Assembly: GCA_963777505.1 (NCBI GenBank)
Contig: CAVZQN010000001.1
Location: forward strand, 256,001-320,000
Direction: 5' to 3'
DNA length: 64,000 nt
DNA from: an uncultured bacterium
GTDB lineage: Bacteria; Acidobacteriota; HRBIN11; JAKEFK01
Shown one piece after another: positions 51,719 through 62,537 of this stretch. Below the pieces are notes generated by a model. The model was given only the letters and a program-made list of their open reading frames with translations, ran no database searches and was not told the DNA's origin. The stretch's first letter is position 1; the number at the start of each line of letters is the position of its first letter. The translations under genes were made by a program, and so were the position numbers.

Positions 51719-54450
51719 ATGGACACAATGCCGTTAGCTGCAGGCCAAAAGCTTGGTCCGTACGAAATCAGTGCTCCTCTCGGAGCCGGTGGAATGGGTG
51801 AGGTGTATCGAGCGAAAGATACACGTCTGGGTCGTGAAGTCGCGATCAAAATTCTAACCGACGAATTCTCTTTGAAGCAAAACCGGATGGAGCGATTTGA
51901 ACAGGAAGCCCGGGCAGCTTCAGCCTTGAACCATCCGAACATCATCACAGTCCATGATATCGGTGTTCATAATGGCGGATCCTATATTGCAATGGAACTG
52001 ATTGATGGCAAAAGCTTGCGCGAAATGCTGCAAGCCGGCGCATTGCCGATCAAACGAGCTGTAAGCATCGCAGCTCAGATTGCCGATGGACTTGCCAAAG
52101 CGCATGAAGCAGGAATTGTTCATCGCGATTTGAAACCTGAAAATATCATGATTTCCAAAGATGGTTTTGCCAAAATTCTCGATTTTGGTTTGGCGAAATC
52201 CATTGCTCCGGCTGTAGCGGACGGCTCTCTGCTTTCAACTATGGCTAAAACCGGAGAAGGTACGATTCTGGGCACAGTCGGTTATATGTCCCCCGAACAG
52301 GCGTGCGGCAAAATTGTTGATTTCCGATCTGACCAATTTTCATTTGGATCCATTTTGTATGAAATGCTTTCAGGAAAACGTGCATTTGCCCGCGATACAA
52401 ACGTCCAAAGTATGTCGGCAATTATTCAGGATGAACCCGAGCCTCTTCAAACCCTGAATCCGCAAACTCCGGCGCCGCTCCGGTGGATCATCGATCGGTG
52501 TTTATCGAAGGATCCTGCAGAACGTTACGCTTCGACGCGCGATCTAGCGCGAGAACTTCAAAACATCAGGGATCATTTTTCGGATTTAACAAGCTCAACC
52601 GATGTGGTTTCACAACAGACACTTGCTCTACATCGTTCTCACGTTGCGCGATCCTGGCTGAAGTTTCTGCCATGGGCATTGTTGATTGCTGTCATTCTTT
52701 TGTTTGCCGGGTGGATTGCACGCCAGAGAAACAGTTCCGGTTCCAGCAGCAACTCGAAGGCTTGAAATATCAATACCAGGCGGTTACCAGCTCGCTCCGA
52801 ATGCGCCGCTCGCTATGGCTCCAAACGGAAGTGCAATTGTATTTGGATTGCTGGATCGTCAAATGCAAACAAAATTATGGCTGCGATATCTGGATAAATT
52901 TGATCTTCAAGCTCTTGCAGGAACTGATGGAGCAAGCTTTCCTTTTTGGTCACCTGATTCCAAATCGATTGCGTATTTTGTAGAAGGCAATTCCACATTA
53001 CGGCGGCTCGATCTTACAACCGGGCTTGCTCAAATCGTTTGTAAAACCCAAGGCTCGGCGCGCGGTGGTACCTGGGGACCTGATGGAACGATCCTTTTTA
53101 CTCCCGGAACGAACAATCCTTTACAAAGAGTTCCGGCAAAAGGTGGCATCCCTGAAGACTTTACGAAATTGGATCCGAAGATTGTCGATGGTTCGCACCG
53201 CTTTCCTGTTTTTCTTCCTGATGGACAACACTTTCTGTTTACGCTCTGGAGCAACCATCTTGAAACTGCATCAAAGATAGGAGGAATCTATATTGGTTCC
53301 CTGAAAAATAGTGAAATTCGCAAACTGAGTTCAGACTCTTCGCAAGCCATTTTAGCTGGAAACAACCGTCTTTTGATTTACCGAAACGAGGCTTTACAAG
53401 CAATTTCGATCGATCCTGAAAAATTGGAAGTCACAGGCGTTCTGGAAGAAATCACTCAACATCCGTTATTTCTTCCTGCTTCAGGCGCTCTGGGAGCTTC
53501 CGCATCAATCTGCTGGTGACATCGCGTATGCGCTTTCATCCGGTGAAGGAACTGCCCAACTTGCATGGGTTGAAGCAAACAGTGGTAATCAAAAAATCAT
53601 TCGTGATGATCGTCTTGGTATCCAGAATCTTGTCATTGCTCCTGATGGAAATCGATTCGCAGGGCAGTTTGTTGGCGCCGCTGGTGCTGAGATTTGGGTC
53701 GCAGATTCACAAAGACCAGTGATGACACGACTTACGCGAGGTGGATTAGACGCAACCGGACCTGTGTGGTCTCCTGACAGTCGTATGGTTGCATTTTCCA
53801 GCCAGGCTTCAGGTGCAGTAAGTGTATATCTTCAACCTGCTGATGGAAGCAACCAACCCGAACTATTTTATTCACAACCAGATCGTGACCTTCGTGTTTG
53901 TTCCTGGTCCGCCGATGGCCGTTCGTTGTTCCTGGAATCAAATGCCAAAGGAAAATCGGACAGCGCGGAAATTTGGATGATCGATGTAGCAACAAAAAAG
54001 GCGTCTTCAGTTTTATCCGATCCGACGGCAACTCTTCGCAGTCCGGTTCTTTCACCAGATGGTCACTGGCTCGCTTATTCTTCGAATGAATCAGGCCGTT
54101 ACCAACTTTATGTGCGTCCTTATCCAGCACTCGATCGCAAGTGGCAGATTTCGCAGAATGGCCTATTAACGCAATCAAACTTTTTTGCTCTGGTTGCAAC
54201 TACGTATCATCCCCACTGGCGTAACGATGGTCGCGAACTCCTTTATATTTCTCTGAATGGAACGGTCGATGCTGTTAGCATTGAAACTGAAGGCGGAAAT
54301 TTATCAGCTACAGAACTGAAAACACTCTTCAAACCCTCTTTTCCGTTGATCGCTATTGCTGCTTCGCCGGATCACACAAAATTTCTCGCAGCAATTGTGC
54401 CGGGCGATGTCACTTCCGAACCGATTCATGTTGTGCTTGGACCAAGATAA
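51719..54450 (+). CDS. Ser/Thr protein kinase with TM helix and TolB-like propeller (frameshifts near 52725 and 53510)
   Basis: [33 protein letters not shown]; PFWSPD, WSADG and SPDGHWLAY repeats. Confidence 0.92.
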
Positions 54451-54575
54451 AATATTCACATGTACGACATCGGCGAAGTCGATGTCGAATCGATAGGCGA
54501 GAATGTACCCGCAAACGTCTTCTGTTGCTGCCACGGAAGGTGGATGAAGCTCGTCGTTCGTGCTGAAACTGGGCT

Positions 54576-54629
54576 CTTCTCGTGTGATAACAGTATTGGC
54601 CACAATGCCTCTAGCTGCAGGCCAAAAGC
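54576..54629 (+). repeat. Third, degenerate copy of the kinase 5' end
   Basis: cttctcgtgtgata..cagtat.ggccacaatgcctctagctgcaggccaaaagc matches 43598-43649. Confidence 0.8.
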
Positions 54630-54660
54630 AAATTATGCATCAAGTGTTTAGGGAGAAACC

Positions 54661-55449
54661 TTGAACAAGATAACAATTTTCATTCTGTTTTTCCTGGCAG
54701 TCTGCACTGCATCCGCACAGATTGCGGATCGGCTGACAGACAAGGACATCAGAGCGCTCATTGAAACGATTGAACAAGATCGTGATCGCTTCGAGGAGTT
54801 ACTGGAAGATAAGATGAAGAATGCCTGGTATCGCAGCCCAAAAGGTGAAATGAAAATAGCTCTTGTTCTGGATGACTTGAGAAAAAATGTGAAGGCCATG
54901 AAGGAAAGTTTTACGAAAGATTACTCAGCGAGTAACGAAGCGGCGAACACATTCCGGCACGCTACAATCATCGATAGTTTCATCAAAGAACATCCGGACA
55001 CTAAAGCGGCAACTGAGTGGGAACATTTTTCCGTTAATCTTCGAACATTAGCCTATGCTTACGGAACGGATTTTCCGTTGCCTGCCGATGCTACGGTCCG
55101 AAGAATTAATGATCTTGAAACAGCGATGGCAGCAGACGCACTGATAAGGACGGCGAAGCAGTTTAAGAAAGAAGTTGAACGCAACAACACCGTTCCAGAA
55201 GAAATGAAGGAAGCATACAAACGCGATACTGAAGAATTAATCAAGCAAGCCATAACTGTGAGAGCGCGTACATGGGATTCCAAGCCTGCAAACATGGAAG
55301 CAAAAGCAATCATGGATCTTGCAATGCAAATTGGGCAATCACTTCAACGCGATCAGATTTCTTCATCAATTACTTCCGCATGGAATTCGATGCAGGCATC
55401 CTTGCAGAAACTTTCATCTGCTTACGGAATGACTGTTCGTGGGTCGTAG
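54661..55449 (+). CDS. Exported helical hypothetical protein
   Basis: Signal peptide; two similar helical halves ending LAYAYG and LSSAYG. Confidence 0.7.
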   Translation: MNKITIFILFFLAVCTASAQIADRLTDKDIRALIETIEQDRDRFEELLEDKMKNAWYRSPKGEMKIALVLDDLRKNVKAMKESFTKDYSASNEAANTFRHATIIDSFIKEHPDTKAATEWEHFSVNLRTLAYAYGTDFPLPADATVRRINDLETAMAADALIRTAKQFKKEVERNNTVPEEMKEAYKRDTEELIKQAITVRARTWDSKPANMEAKAIMDLAMQIGQSLQRDQISSSITSAWNSMQASLQKLSSAYGMTVRGS

Positions 55450-55483
55450 CCCTTAATTGATTCTTATTAATAGCACATCGGTA

Positions 55484-56128
55484 TTATCCAAGCAGGCCTT
55501 TCTTTGCGGCCCAACGCATTAATTCCGATGAGCTGTGGACATTTAGCTTTCGCATCAAATGTGTGCGGTGATTATCAACGGTTTTCGGTGAGATGAATAA
55601 CATTTCGGCAATTGTTTTGTTCGTATGACCTTCCAAAATGAGCTGCAAAATTTCTCTCTCACGATTGTTCAATCTTTCGTAAGGATCTTCTTCTTGCGAA
55701 GTCACATCTCTGTATGATTCCGCCAAAATTTTTGAAATCTGCGGACTGAAAAAAGCTTTTCCTGCAACTGCATTGCGAATCGCTTCAATCACATCTCGTG
55801 CAGCTGAATCCTTGAGCAAATAACCAGAGACCCCGCTGCGAATCATCTTCAAAGTGTATTCCTCTTCCTCATGCATCGTGAGAATGATGATTTTCGTTGC
55901 AGGATGTTCTTTCTTCAAACGTCTTGCGACTTCCAATCCGCTGAGTTTCGGCATACTTAGATCAAGGAGCACTACAAGAGGATGAAGTTGCTCCACTTTT
56001 TTCATCGCTTCCAAACCATCTGAAGCTTCTCCAACAACCTGAATGTCATTGCACGTTTCCAGGATCTTCATCAGGCCGTCCCGAAAAAGACGATGATCAT
56101 CGGCAATCAAAACAGTAATTTTATCCAC
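55484..56128 (-). CDS. NarL/LuxR family response regulator
   Basis: IADDH, LDLSMP, GYLLK, LuxR HTH (REREIL...ISPKTVDNHR). Confidence 0.95.
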   Translation of the reverse strand: MDKITVLIADDHRLFRDGLMKILETCNDIQVVGEASDGLEAMKKVEQLHPLVVLLDLSMPKLSGLEVARRLKKEHPATKIIILTMHEEEEYTLKMIRSGVSGYLLKDSAARDVIEAIRNAVAGKAFFSPQISKILAESYRDVTSQEEDPYERLNNREREILQLILEGHTNKTIAEMLFISPKTVDNHRTHLMRKLNVHSSSELMRWAAKKGLLG

Positions 56129-57173
56129 GATGAACTTTCCTTTTCGTTTCGCTTTTGCTTACTGGAAGCCGAAGCTGTAGCACGGTTCCCTGGTTCAAAG
56201 TTGAACTAATCGTAAATTTGCCACCAAGAAGCGTAACTCGATCTCGCATTCCTTGGATTCCTGATCCTTTCAATTCAGATGAAGAGTCCAGAGTGAAGCC
56301 TTTTCCATCATCACAAATCTCCAGAACAATTCCGGATGACGAATCCAACAGTTTCACGCTTACATTTTGTGCACCGGAATGTTTCAGAATATTATTCAAC
56401 CCTTCTTGTGTAACTCGAAACAGCATGGTTTCAATTTCACGATCCAGTTGTTGCTCGAGTTCTGCAGTGAGTGAGATTTGAATTCCAGTTCTTTCTGAAA
56501 ATGACTTTACATACGAGCGAAGCGTCGGTAGCAAGCCCAGGTCATCCAGTATTGTTGGCCGCAACAAACGGGATAAATGCCGTACTTCTTCAAGTGTTTG
56601 TTGAGTGAGCGTTCTTGCCTCATTGATGACTGCGTCCGTTGCAGATGGATCCTTTGCAATCAAATCCAAATGAATTTTAATGGCTAAAAGCGCTTGACCA
56701 ACCCCATCGTGAAGTTCTCGCGAAATTTTGGCGCGCTCTTCTTCTTGCATTCTTAAAATGCCTCTTGAAATGCTGCTCATCCTATTTTCATTCGCAAGCA
56801 ATTGTTCAAAGAGTTGTGAGTTTCGTTTCGCAAGCTTTTCTCCCTCTTCTGAAAAACCTCGTAGTGTCGCCTCGAGACGAATTTTTTCGTCAATAAAATC
56901 CAATAGTTCGAGAAGTGGTTTCAGTTGTTCCTTGGCGGCCTCATACTCTTTTTCGCTGACATACATCAACTTCAAAACAGATCCATTAGGATTTGAGAAT
57001 TTCAAAATGAATTCTGAACTCGTTGAAGAATTCATTTCGGCTAAAGTTGTCTGATCAGGATCGATCCATTGGCCGGCTTTTGCTGCAGTTTCTTCACAAA
57101 TCGCAGAAAGGATCTTTTGGTGAGTCAGCGGTCTTGTTTTCAAGCATTTCAGAAGTGCGTGAAGAAGATCCAT
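56121..57173 (-). CDS. Cytoplasmic HisKA_3 sensor histidine kinase
   Basis: EERAKISRELHDGVGQ, QEGLNNILKHS, DDGKGF, GSGIQGMRDR. Confidence 0.93.
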   Translation of the reverse strand: MDLLHALLKCLKTRPLTHQKILSAICEETAAKAGQWIDPDQTTLAEMNSSTSSEFILKFSNPNGSVLKLMYVSEKEYEAAKEQLKPLLELLDFIDEKIRLEATLRGFSEEGEKLAKRNSQLFEQLLANENRMSSISRGILRMQEEERAKISRELHDGVGQALLAIKIHLDLIAKDPSATDAVINEARTLTQQTLEEVRHLSRLLRPTILDDLGLLPTLRSYVKSFSERTGIQISLTAELEQQLDREIETMLFRVTQEGLNNILKHSGAQNVSVKLLDSSSGIVLEICDDGKGFTLDSSSELKGSGIQGMRDRVTLLGGKFTISSTLNQGTVLQLRLPVSKSETKRKVHRG

Positions 57174-60100
57174 CTACAGCACCTTCTGAATGGACTTTGA
57201 AATAGTTTTTGCACTTTGACTATGCGCCTCTGCTTTTGTGGCGTCGCCTCTGGCTTTGAAGGCAGCGCTTAAAATTGAATGAAAACGATATTGGTAAGGA
57301 AGAGAGCCGCAAGAATCTGCAGAAGCTAACCCTGATTGCGCTGTTTTGATTGCCTTAATCGGATCACGATTTTCAAGTTGTGAACGGGCCAGCGAATTCT
57401 GAGATTCCAAAATGATCCAAAGATTTCTAAGATCTACAGCCTGAGTGGACGTCCGGCTTAAAATTCGAACTGATTCCTGTGGATTTGATTTTTCAAGCAT
57501 CAAGCCTTTTGTAATTTCAGCCTTTACTCTTCCATATTGATAGTCGTGTTCATTCGCAATCGCCAGTGCGCGATTGATATGACCTTCGGCCTTCGCGGAA
57601 GAATTCTTAGACAAGTAAAGCCGGGCCAACAAGACTTCGTTTTCACATTCCATTTCGAAGCTCTGTATCTCTTTTGCGAGTTGTAATGCCTTATTCAACT
57701 CAGCCTCTGCCGAAGTCAGGTCTCCCATTTCAAGAAAAGTGTTTCCCAATAATCTTGTATACTCTGCAATTCCTTTCTTATCATCTAATTTCTTCAAGAT
57801 TTCGATCGCATCGCGGTACGTATCGATGGCTCCTTTATATCTCCCCTGATATTGATAAATGGTTCCAAGGTTTCCTAGCGAAACTGCAATCGCATTTTCA
57901 TATTTGATTTTCCGGCTCTGCTGTAAAGCATCGAGAAATGATTTCATCGATTGATCGAGTTTGCCTTGATCGAGTTGCAAGAATCCCATGTTTTGCAAAG
58001 ACAGGATGATTCCACTCTCTTCACCAATTTGTTTCCGCAGAGATAAGGCCTGGTTCCAATATACTTCTGCGTCATCATATTGACCGGTGAGAAAATAGAT
58101 TTGGCCTACATTGTCATAGCTTTGCGCTGTGAGCCTGTCATTGCCTATCTGCTTTCGAATTTGCAAGGACTTCTTGTAATATTGCAGCGCTGGTTCAAAT
58201 CTTCCTTGATCTTCGTTCATAACTCCAAACATATTCAGCACATCCGCTTCTCCCGGGGCGTCTTGAAGCTCTGAATATATTTTTTCTGTTCGATTAAGAA
58301 TTTTTGTCGCTTCAGAATATTTCCCCTGATAGGAGTAAATCTTTGCTACATTCGAAAGACTTTTTGCTTCGCCTTTTTTGTTACCAATGCGCTCTTTAAT
58401 TGCAATTGAATCGTTGTAATATCGGATTGCATCATCGTACCTCCCGAGTCTTTCGTATCCAACGCCAATCGCATTCAGCACATCGGCTTTTCCGTATTCA
58501 TTATTGAGCTGTGTTTGAACGGCAAGAGCCTTCAACAGATATTCATGAATACCTTTTTCGGCTTCACCCATCAAAACAGTATCTTTTCCCAGGTGGAATG
58601 CAGCTTGTGGATGATTTGGATCGATTGAAATCAGCTTTGTAAGTGTTGTCGCGGCATTTTTCAAATCACCTTTTTCTTCATAGGTTGTGGCTAGCTGAAA
58701 CAGTGCCTCTGAATTATTCGGATCCTTCTGACACAGAGCGTTGTACTTTTCGACGGCTTTATCGAGGTCTCCATTCAAGAGTGAATGGCGGGCTTGTATC
58801 ATCAGCCTGGCTTTTTCATCCTGGGTCCCGATTTGTTGAAGAGCTTTTTCCAGCACACTCAGTGATTGTTCTGGCTCTCCCATTTTTTCCAAAGCAAGAC
58901 TGAGCTGAAGGTGAGCCTTTGCAAAGTTGGGAGCACCTTTTAATGCTTGCTCATAAAATTTCGTAGCTTCCAAAAACTTTCCCATTCGATATTGATCATT
59001 CCCCTGGTGGAAAAATTTCAGGGATTGCACGGACAGCTGTGGAGTTTTTGTTGCGGATTCGGTTGAACTTTTTCCTTGTTGAAATTTTTCCCGGATTTGT
59101 TGCGCCAGACTCTCGGTCATTTTGAAAACATCATCTGGTTTTGCGGCAACGCTCTTAAAATACGTATCATTCCCGGGCTGAGTCATATCGATAACCTTTA
59201 GATCCGCACGAAGCAAACTTCCAGCCTGGACGATTGTTCCCTGAACTACTATTTCTGCATCAAGAATTTCTGCGAGTCGCATCACTGAATTGTCATCAAT
59301 GTTTTGGGAAGAAAATTTCAGATCTTGAAACGTCTGATGAATACGCTCGGAGCTAACCAGTCTAAAACTTTTGTTTTCGAGATCTGTTGCAATGAGATCA
59401 GCCATAGCCGACTCGATCCACTTCATCTCGTCATTTCCCGTACGATTTGCGAATGGAAAGACTGCAACCGATCTTGCCGAAGCCACTTGATCCGTCTTCT
59501 TCGGAGGCTGAGACGGAGAAGCGTAGAACTGACGATACGCAACAATTCCTGCAGCAATGAGAATCAGCACCCCAATGACAATGAAGGCGAATTTCTGATT
59601 GATTTGTACCGGCGTTCTTCTGGCTGTTTGGGTCTTGAGATCGTCAAGTAACGCTCTGCCATTCGTGTAGCGCAAAGCCGGATCCGGATTCAGGCATCGC
59701 TTTATTATTTCTCCATAGTAGGATGGAACATCAGCCTGGACTTTTTTAAGTTTGGACGTTACATCTCCTGGCCCTGTGTTTCGAAAGCGATTCACATTTT
59801 GATTATCAAAAGGAAGTTCACCGGCGACCATTTCATACAGGATTAGACCAAGAGAGTACACATCGCTTCTCGTATCGATATGTTCCCCGCGCGATTGCTC
59901 CGGTGATAAATAGGCGGGAGTTCCAATGATGTGACCAGTTTCGGTTCCGCCGGAAAATTCCAACGAACGAGCAATTCCAAAATCGGTAACAAACACCCTG
60001 CCGTTTTCGTCCAGTAGAATGTTCGCTGGTTTTAGATCACGATGAACCACACCTTCTTCGTGCGCTACAGCAACGGCTTCACACAACTGCAAAGCAGTTG

Positions 60101-60500
60101 ATTCCGCCCTCTGCATTGGAAATGCGCCATCTTCTTTCAAGACCTCCTTGAGTGATTTGCCTGGAATAAAAGACATGGTGAGATATTTTTCACCATCCGC
60201 CTCACCAATATCATGAATCCGTACAACATTTCTGTGGGAGACTTTCCTGGCATTTAATAATTCGTTTTTGAATCGATCAATCGTGTTTTGGCTTTCCAAA
60301 AGATCTTTGCGGATTACTTTCAAAGCTACTTCGATATTCAGTTCATTATCATGCGCCAAATACACACGACCCATTCCTCCCGAGCCAATCAACCGGATTA
60401 TTTTGTAACGTGAGCCGAGGGTTGAGCCAGGTTTTAGCTTTTGAATGGAATCGTAGTAAGTGGATGTTTGATCAGGGCGTGGAGGTTGATCTTGCGGCAT
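57174..60500 (-). CDS. Ser/Thr kinase with TM helix, TolB_N-like domain and TPR array
   Basis: GSGGMGRVY, HRDLKPAN, DFGIAR, YLSPEQ; SVAVFPFAN; TPRs. Confidence 0.93.
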   Translation of the reverse strand: MPQDQPPRPDQTSTYYDSIQKLKPGSTLGSRYKIIRLIGSGGMGRVYLAHDNELNIEVALKVIRKDLLESQNTIDRFKNELLNARKVSHRNVVRIHDIGEADGEKYLTMSFIPGKSLKEVLKEDGAFPMQRAESTALQLCEAVAVAHEEGVVHRDLKPANILLDENGRVFVTDFGIARSLEFSGGTETGHIIGTPAYLSPEQSRGEHIDTRSDVYSLGLILYEMVAGELPFDNQNVNRFRNTGPGDVTSKLKKVQADVPSYYGEIIKRCLNPDPALRYTNGRALLDDLKTQTARRTPVQINQKFAFIVIGVLILIAAGIVAYRQFYASPSQPPKKTDQVASARSVAVFPFANRTGNDEMKWIESAMADLIATDLENKSFRLVSSERIHQTFQDLKFSSQNIDDNSVMRLAEILDAEIVVQGTIVQAGSLLRADLKVIDMTQPGNDTYFKSVAAKPDDVFKMTESLAQQIREKFQQGKSSTESATKTPQLSVQSLKFFHQGNDQYRMGKFLEATKFYEQALKGAPNFAKAHLQLSLALEKMGEPEQSLSVLEKALQQIGTQDEKARLMIQARHSLLNGDLDKAVEKYNALCQKDPNNSEALFQLATTYEEKGDLKNAATTLTKLISIDPNHPQAAFHLGKDTVLMGEAEKGIHEYLLKALAVQTQLNNEYGKADVLNAIGVGYERLGRYDDAIRYYNDSIAIKERIGNKKGEAKSLSNVAKIYSYQGKYSEATKILNRTEKIYSELQDAPGEADVLNMFGVMNEDQGRFEPALQYYKKSLQIRKQIGNDRLTAQSYDNVGQIYFLTGQYDDAEVYWNQALSLRKQIGEESGIILSLQNMGFLQLDQGKLDQSMKSFLDALQQSRKIKYENAIAVSLGNLGTIYQYQGRYKGAIDTYRDAIEILKKLDDKKGIAEYTRLLGNTFLEMGDLTSAEAELNKALQLAKEIQSFEMECENEVLLARLYLSKNSSAKAEGHINRALAIANEHDYQYGRVKAEITKGLMLEKSNPQESVRILSRTSTQAVDLRNLWIILESQNSLARSQLENRDPIKAIKTAQSGLASADSCGSLPYQYRFHSILSAAFKARGDATKAEAHSQSAKTISKSIQKVL

Positions 60501-60540
60501 TTAGAATTAACCACCGGGACGCTACGAACCCAATTGTATC

Positions 60541-61491
60541 TTATCTTTCTTCCGCCAGAGATAACGATGCGAGAACATTCCTTACTGATGTTTGCAATCC
60601 TTCATCGAGCGAACCTTTTTTGTCTACTTCCTTCAAAACAGCAGAAGTCTTTTGAATTAACATCTGAATTTCGCTGCTAACTCGCGCGTTTTCGATAGCG
60701 ATTCCAGCATTGGAAGCAAGTGACTCTAAAACCTGTACGTCCAGCTCGGTCATTTCCAGTTCGCTTTGAATGCTATCGGCATAAAGAAGACCAATGACTT
60801 CGTTTGACATTGCAGGAATTGGAATACAGGTTAATGCTTTGATACCCAGGTCGCGAATGCTTGTATGAAAGCCGAAGGAAGTGTCGCGCTGAGCATTTGA
60901 AATGACAACTGGCGATTTGGATTCCAATGCTTTCTGAATTGCAGTCCGGCTAATGATAAAGGAGTCGGTCTCTATTTCTTGTGATTCAATATTGACGGAC
61001 CTCTTCAATTCCAATCGACCGCTACTCTCCTTTAGTAGAAGAAATCCCCGGTCAGCCTGCGTTAAACTCATTAAAGCCTTCATTATTTCGCTCAGAATTG
61101 AATCAAGCAATTTGCCGGAGTTGATTGAACGATTGAATTCAAGTACAGATTTGAATTTGGTCAGGCTTTGTTCCATGTCCTTCTTCACCTGATCCATTTG
61201 AACATGTTGAAAGATGAGATCGCATCCGGCAATTGTAATCTGATCGTGATCTTTTAAAGGCACTTCGGTGATTGGAAGTCCGTTTACGAGTGTGCCATTT
61301 TTGCTTTTCAGATCTTGAAGGAAATAGTGGTCTCCGTCGTAATGAATTTCTACATGCTGTTTTGAAATACTGGAATGATTCAAAATTAGCTGGCAGTCAT
61401 CGGTTCTTCCAATAATAAATGGATTAGAATCGATTAATACATGCTTGGAAGGCTTGAACGGTTCAGAAATGACCAGTTTGGCCAGAGACAT
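60541..61491 (-). CDS. FHA-GAF domain protein
   Basis: IGRTDDC..ISKQH..DLKSKNGTLVNG (FHA); ADRGFLLL, GLLYADS, AGIAIENAR (GAF). Confidence 0.9.
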   Translation of the reverse strand: MSLAKLVISEPFKPSKHVLIDSNPFIIGRTDDCQLILNHSSISKQHVEIHYDGDHYFLQDLKSKNGTLVNGLPITEVPLKDHDQITIAGCDLIFQHVQMDQVKKDMEQSLTKFKSVLEFNRSINSGKLLDSILSEIMKALMSLTQADRGFLLLKESSGRLELKRSVNIESQEIETDSFIISRTAIQKALESKSPVVISNAQRDTSFGFHTSIRDLGIKALTCIPIPAMSNEVIGLLYADSIQSELEMTELDVQVLESLASNAGIAIENARVSSEIQMLIQKTSAVLKEVDKKGSLDEGLQTSVRNVLASLSLAEER

Positions 61492-61506
61492 CAAAACCTC
61501 AGTGGA

Positions 61507-62319
61507 TCATAGCCTTAAGCTGAATATTAGAGTGGCAGCCCTTCTTCGAAGGTCGCCTGCAACATTAATTATAGTGGGATCGTTAGCACGAAATGTATTC
61601 GGAATAGATTGTCCTTCATCAGCCTTAATCAGGTTAATGAAGTCGTTCAGATATGCGACTGCATCGTCAACTGATCCAGAATGGTAGCTTGATTTGGAAG
61701 CAGCCAGCTTATCTTGCAGACTAGCAAGCATATCAGCAGCTATCCTGGATGAATGCGTAGCTAATGCATTTTCCAATTTTGTGTATTTATCAATTACGAC
61801 AGTATTTTTAGTTCTTAGATCGGTGAGGATCAGGAAATCGGAAAAGTCACCACCCGTTCCACGAACGCGGTAACTTCCAATGCCGGAAAATGTTGTAATG
61901 TCGATAAAATTGCCGCCATTAGGAGCAGTAAAGAGACGATACTTAGGATCGAATGAAAGATTGGATGTAGAGAGTTCAATTTCATAGACGCCGGTAAAAC
62001 TCAAAGTACTTGCCGCTGTGGGTGTTATATTAATCAAAATTGGCAATTGAGCAGGAATACTGAACAAGTTTTGAGATCCGATCCGGCCTAATAATGTGAG
62101 ATCCAACGGATTGACCTGAGTAACATTGAACAAAAAAGAATTGGAGTTGAGTCCAATTGCATTTTCAAACGTGATCGTAAGGTTAATACTAAATGTTTCG
62201 GCGACTTCAATGGATGCGCTTAGTTCATTATCCTGAACTTCTACTTCAACTACAGGGTTTGAGAAAGAATAAGGAACGAACAAAACCGAAACTAGGAACA
62301 GCAATGCCAGCTTTTTCAT
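61507..62319 (-). CDS. Exported protein (DUF6689-like with FIMAH-like C-terminal helices)
   Basis: Signal peptide; FIDITT...GSYRVRGTGGDFSDFLILTDLR; IPNTFRA...NVAGDL. Confidence 0.65.
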   Translation of the reverse strand: MKKLALLFLVSVLFVPYSFSNPVVEVEVQDNELSASIEVAETFSINLTITFENAIGLNSNSFLFNVTQVNPLDLTLLGRIGSQNLFSIPAQLPILINITPTAASTLSFTGVYEIELSTSNLSFDPKYRLFTAPNGGNFIDITTFSGIGSYRVRGTGGDFSDFLILTDLRTKNTVVIDKYTKLENALATHSSRIAADMLASLQDKLAASKSSYHSGSVDDAVAYLNDFINLIKADEGQSIPNTFRANDPTIINVAGDLRRRAATLIFSLRL

Positions 62320-62537
62320 GATCTACCCCTAAATCAGAATGAAAGTGATTACTGCCACAGAAAATGGAATGATGTCTAATAATATAGGCAGCATCATAAC
62401 ACCTTTCTAGGGTGCATTTCTACCGACGAGGAATAATGCCAGGACAGGCATACTTCCCTCAATTTTCCCTCTTCCTCTACGTATGATATTATCCTCATCG
62501 GGATCTAAATATCGCCACCAAATATAGGGAGTCATTC

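Noticed and set aside
53516-53722. 68-aa ORF inside the kinase region
   Set aside because: Wrong frame; the true frame (GDIAYALSSG...EIWVADSQR) runs into the 53719 segment.
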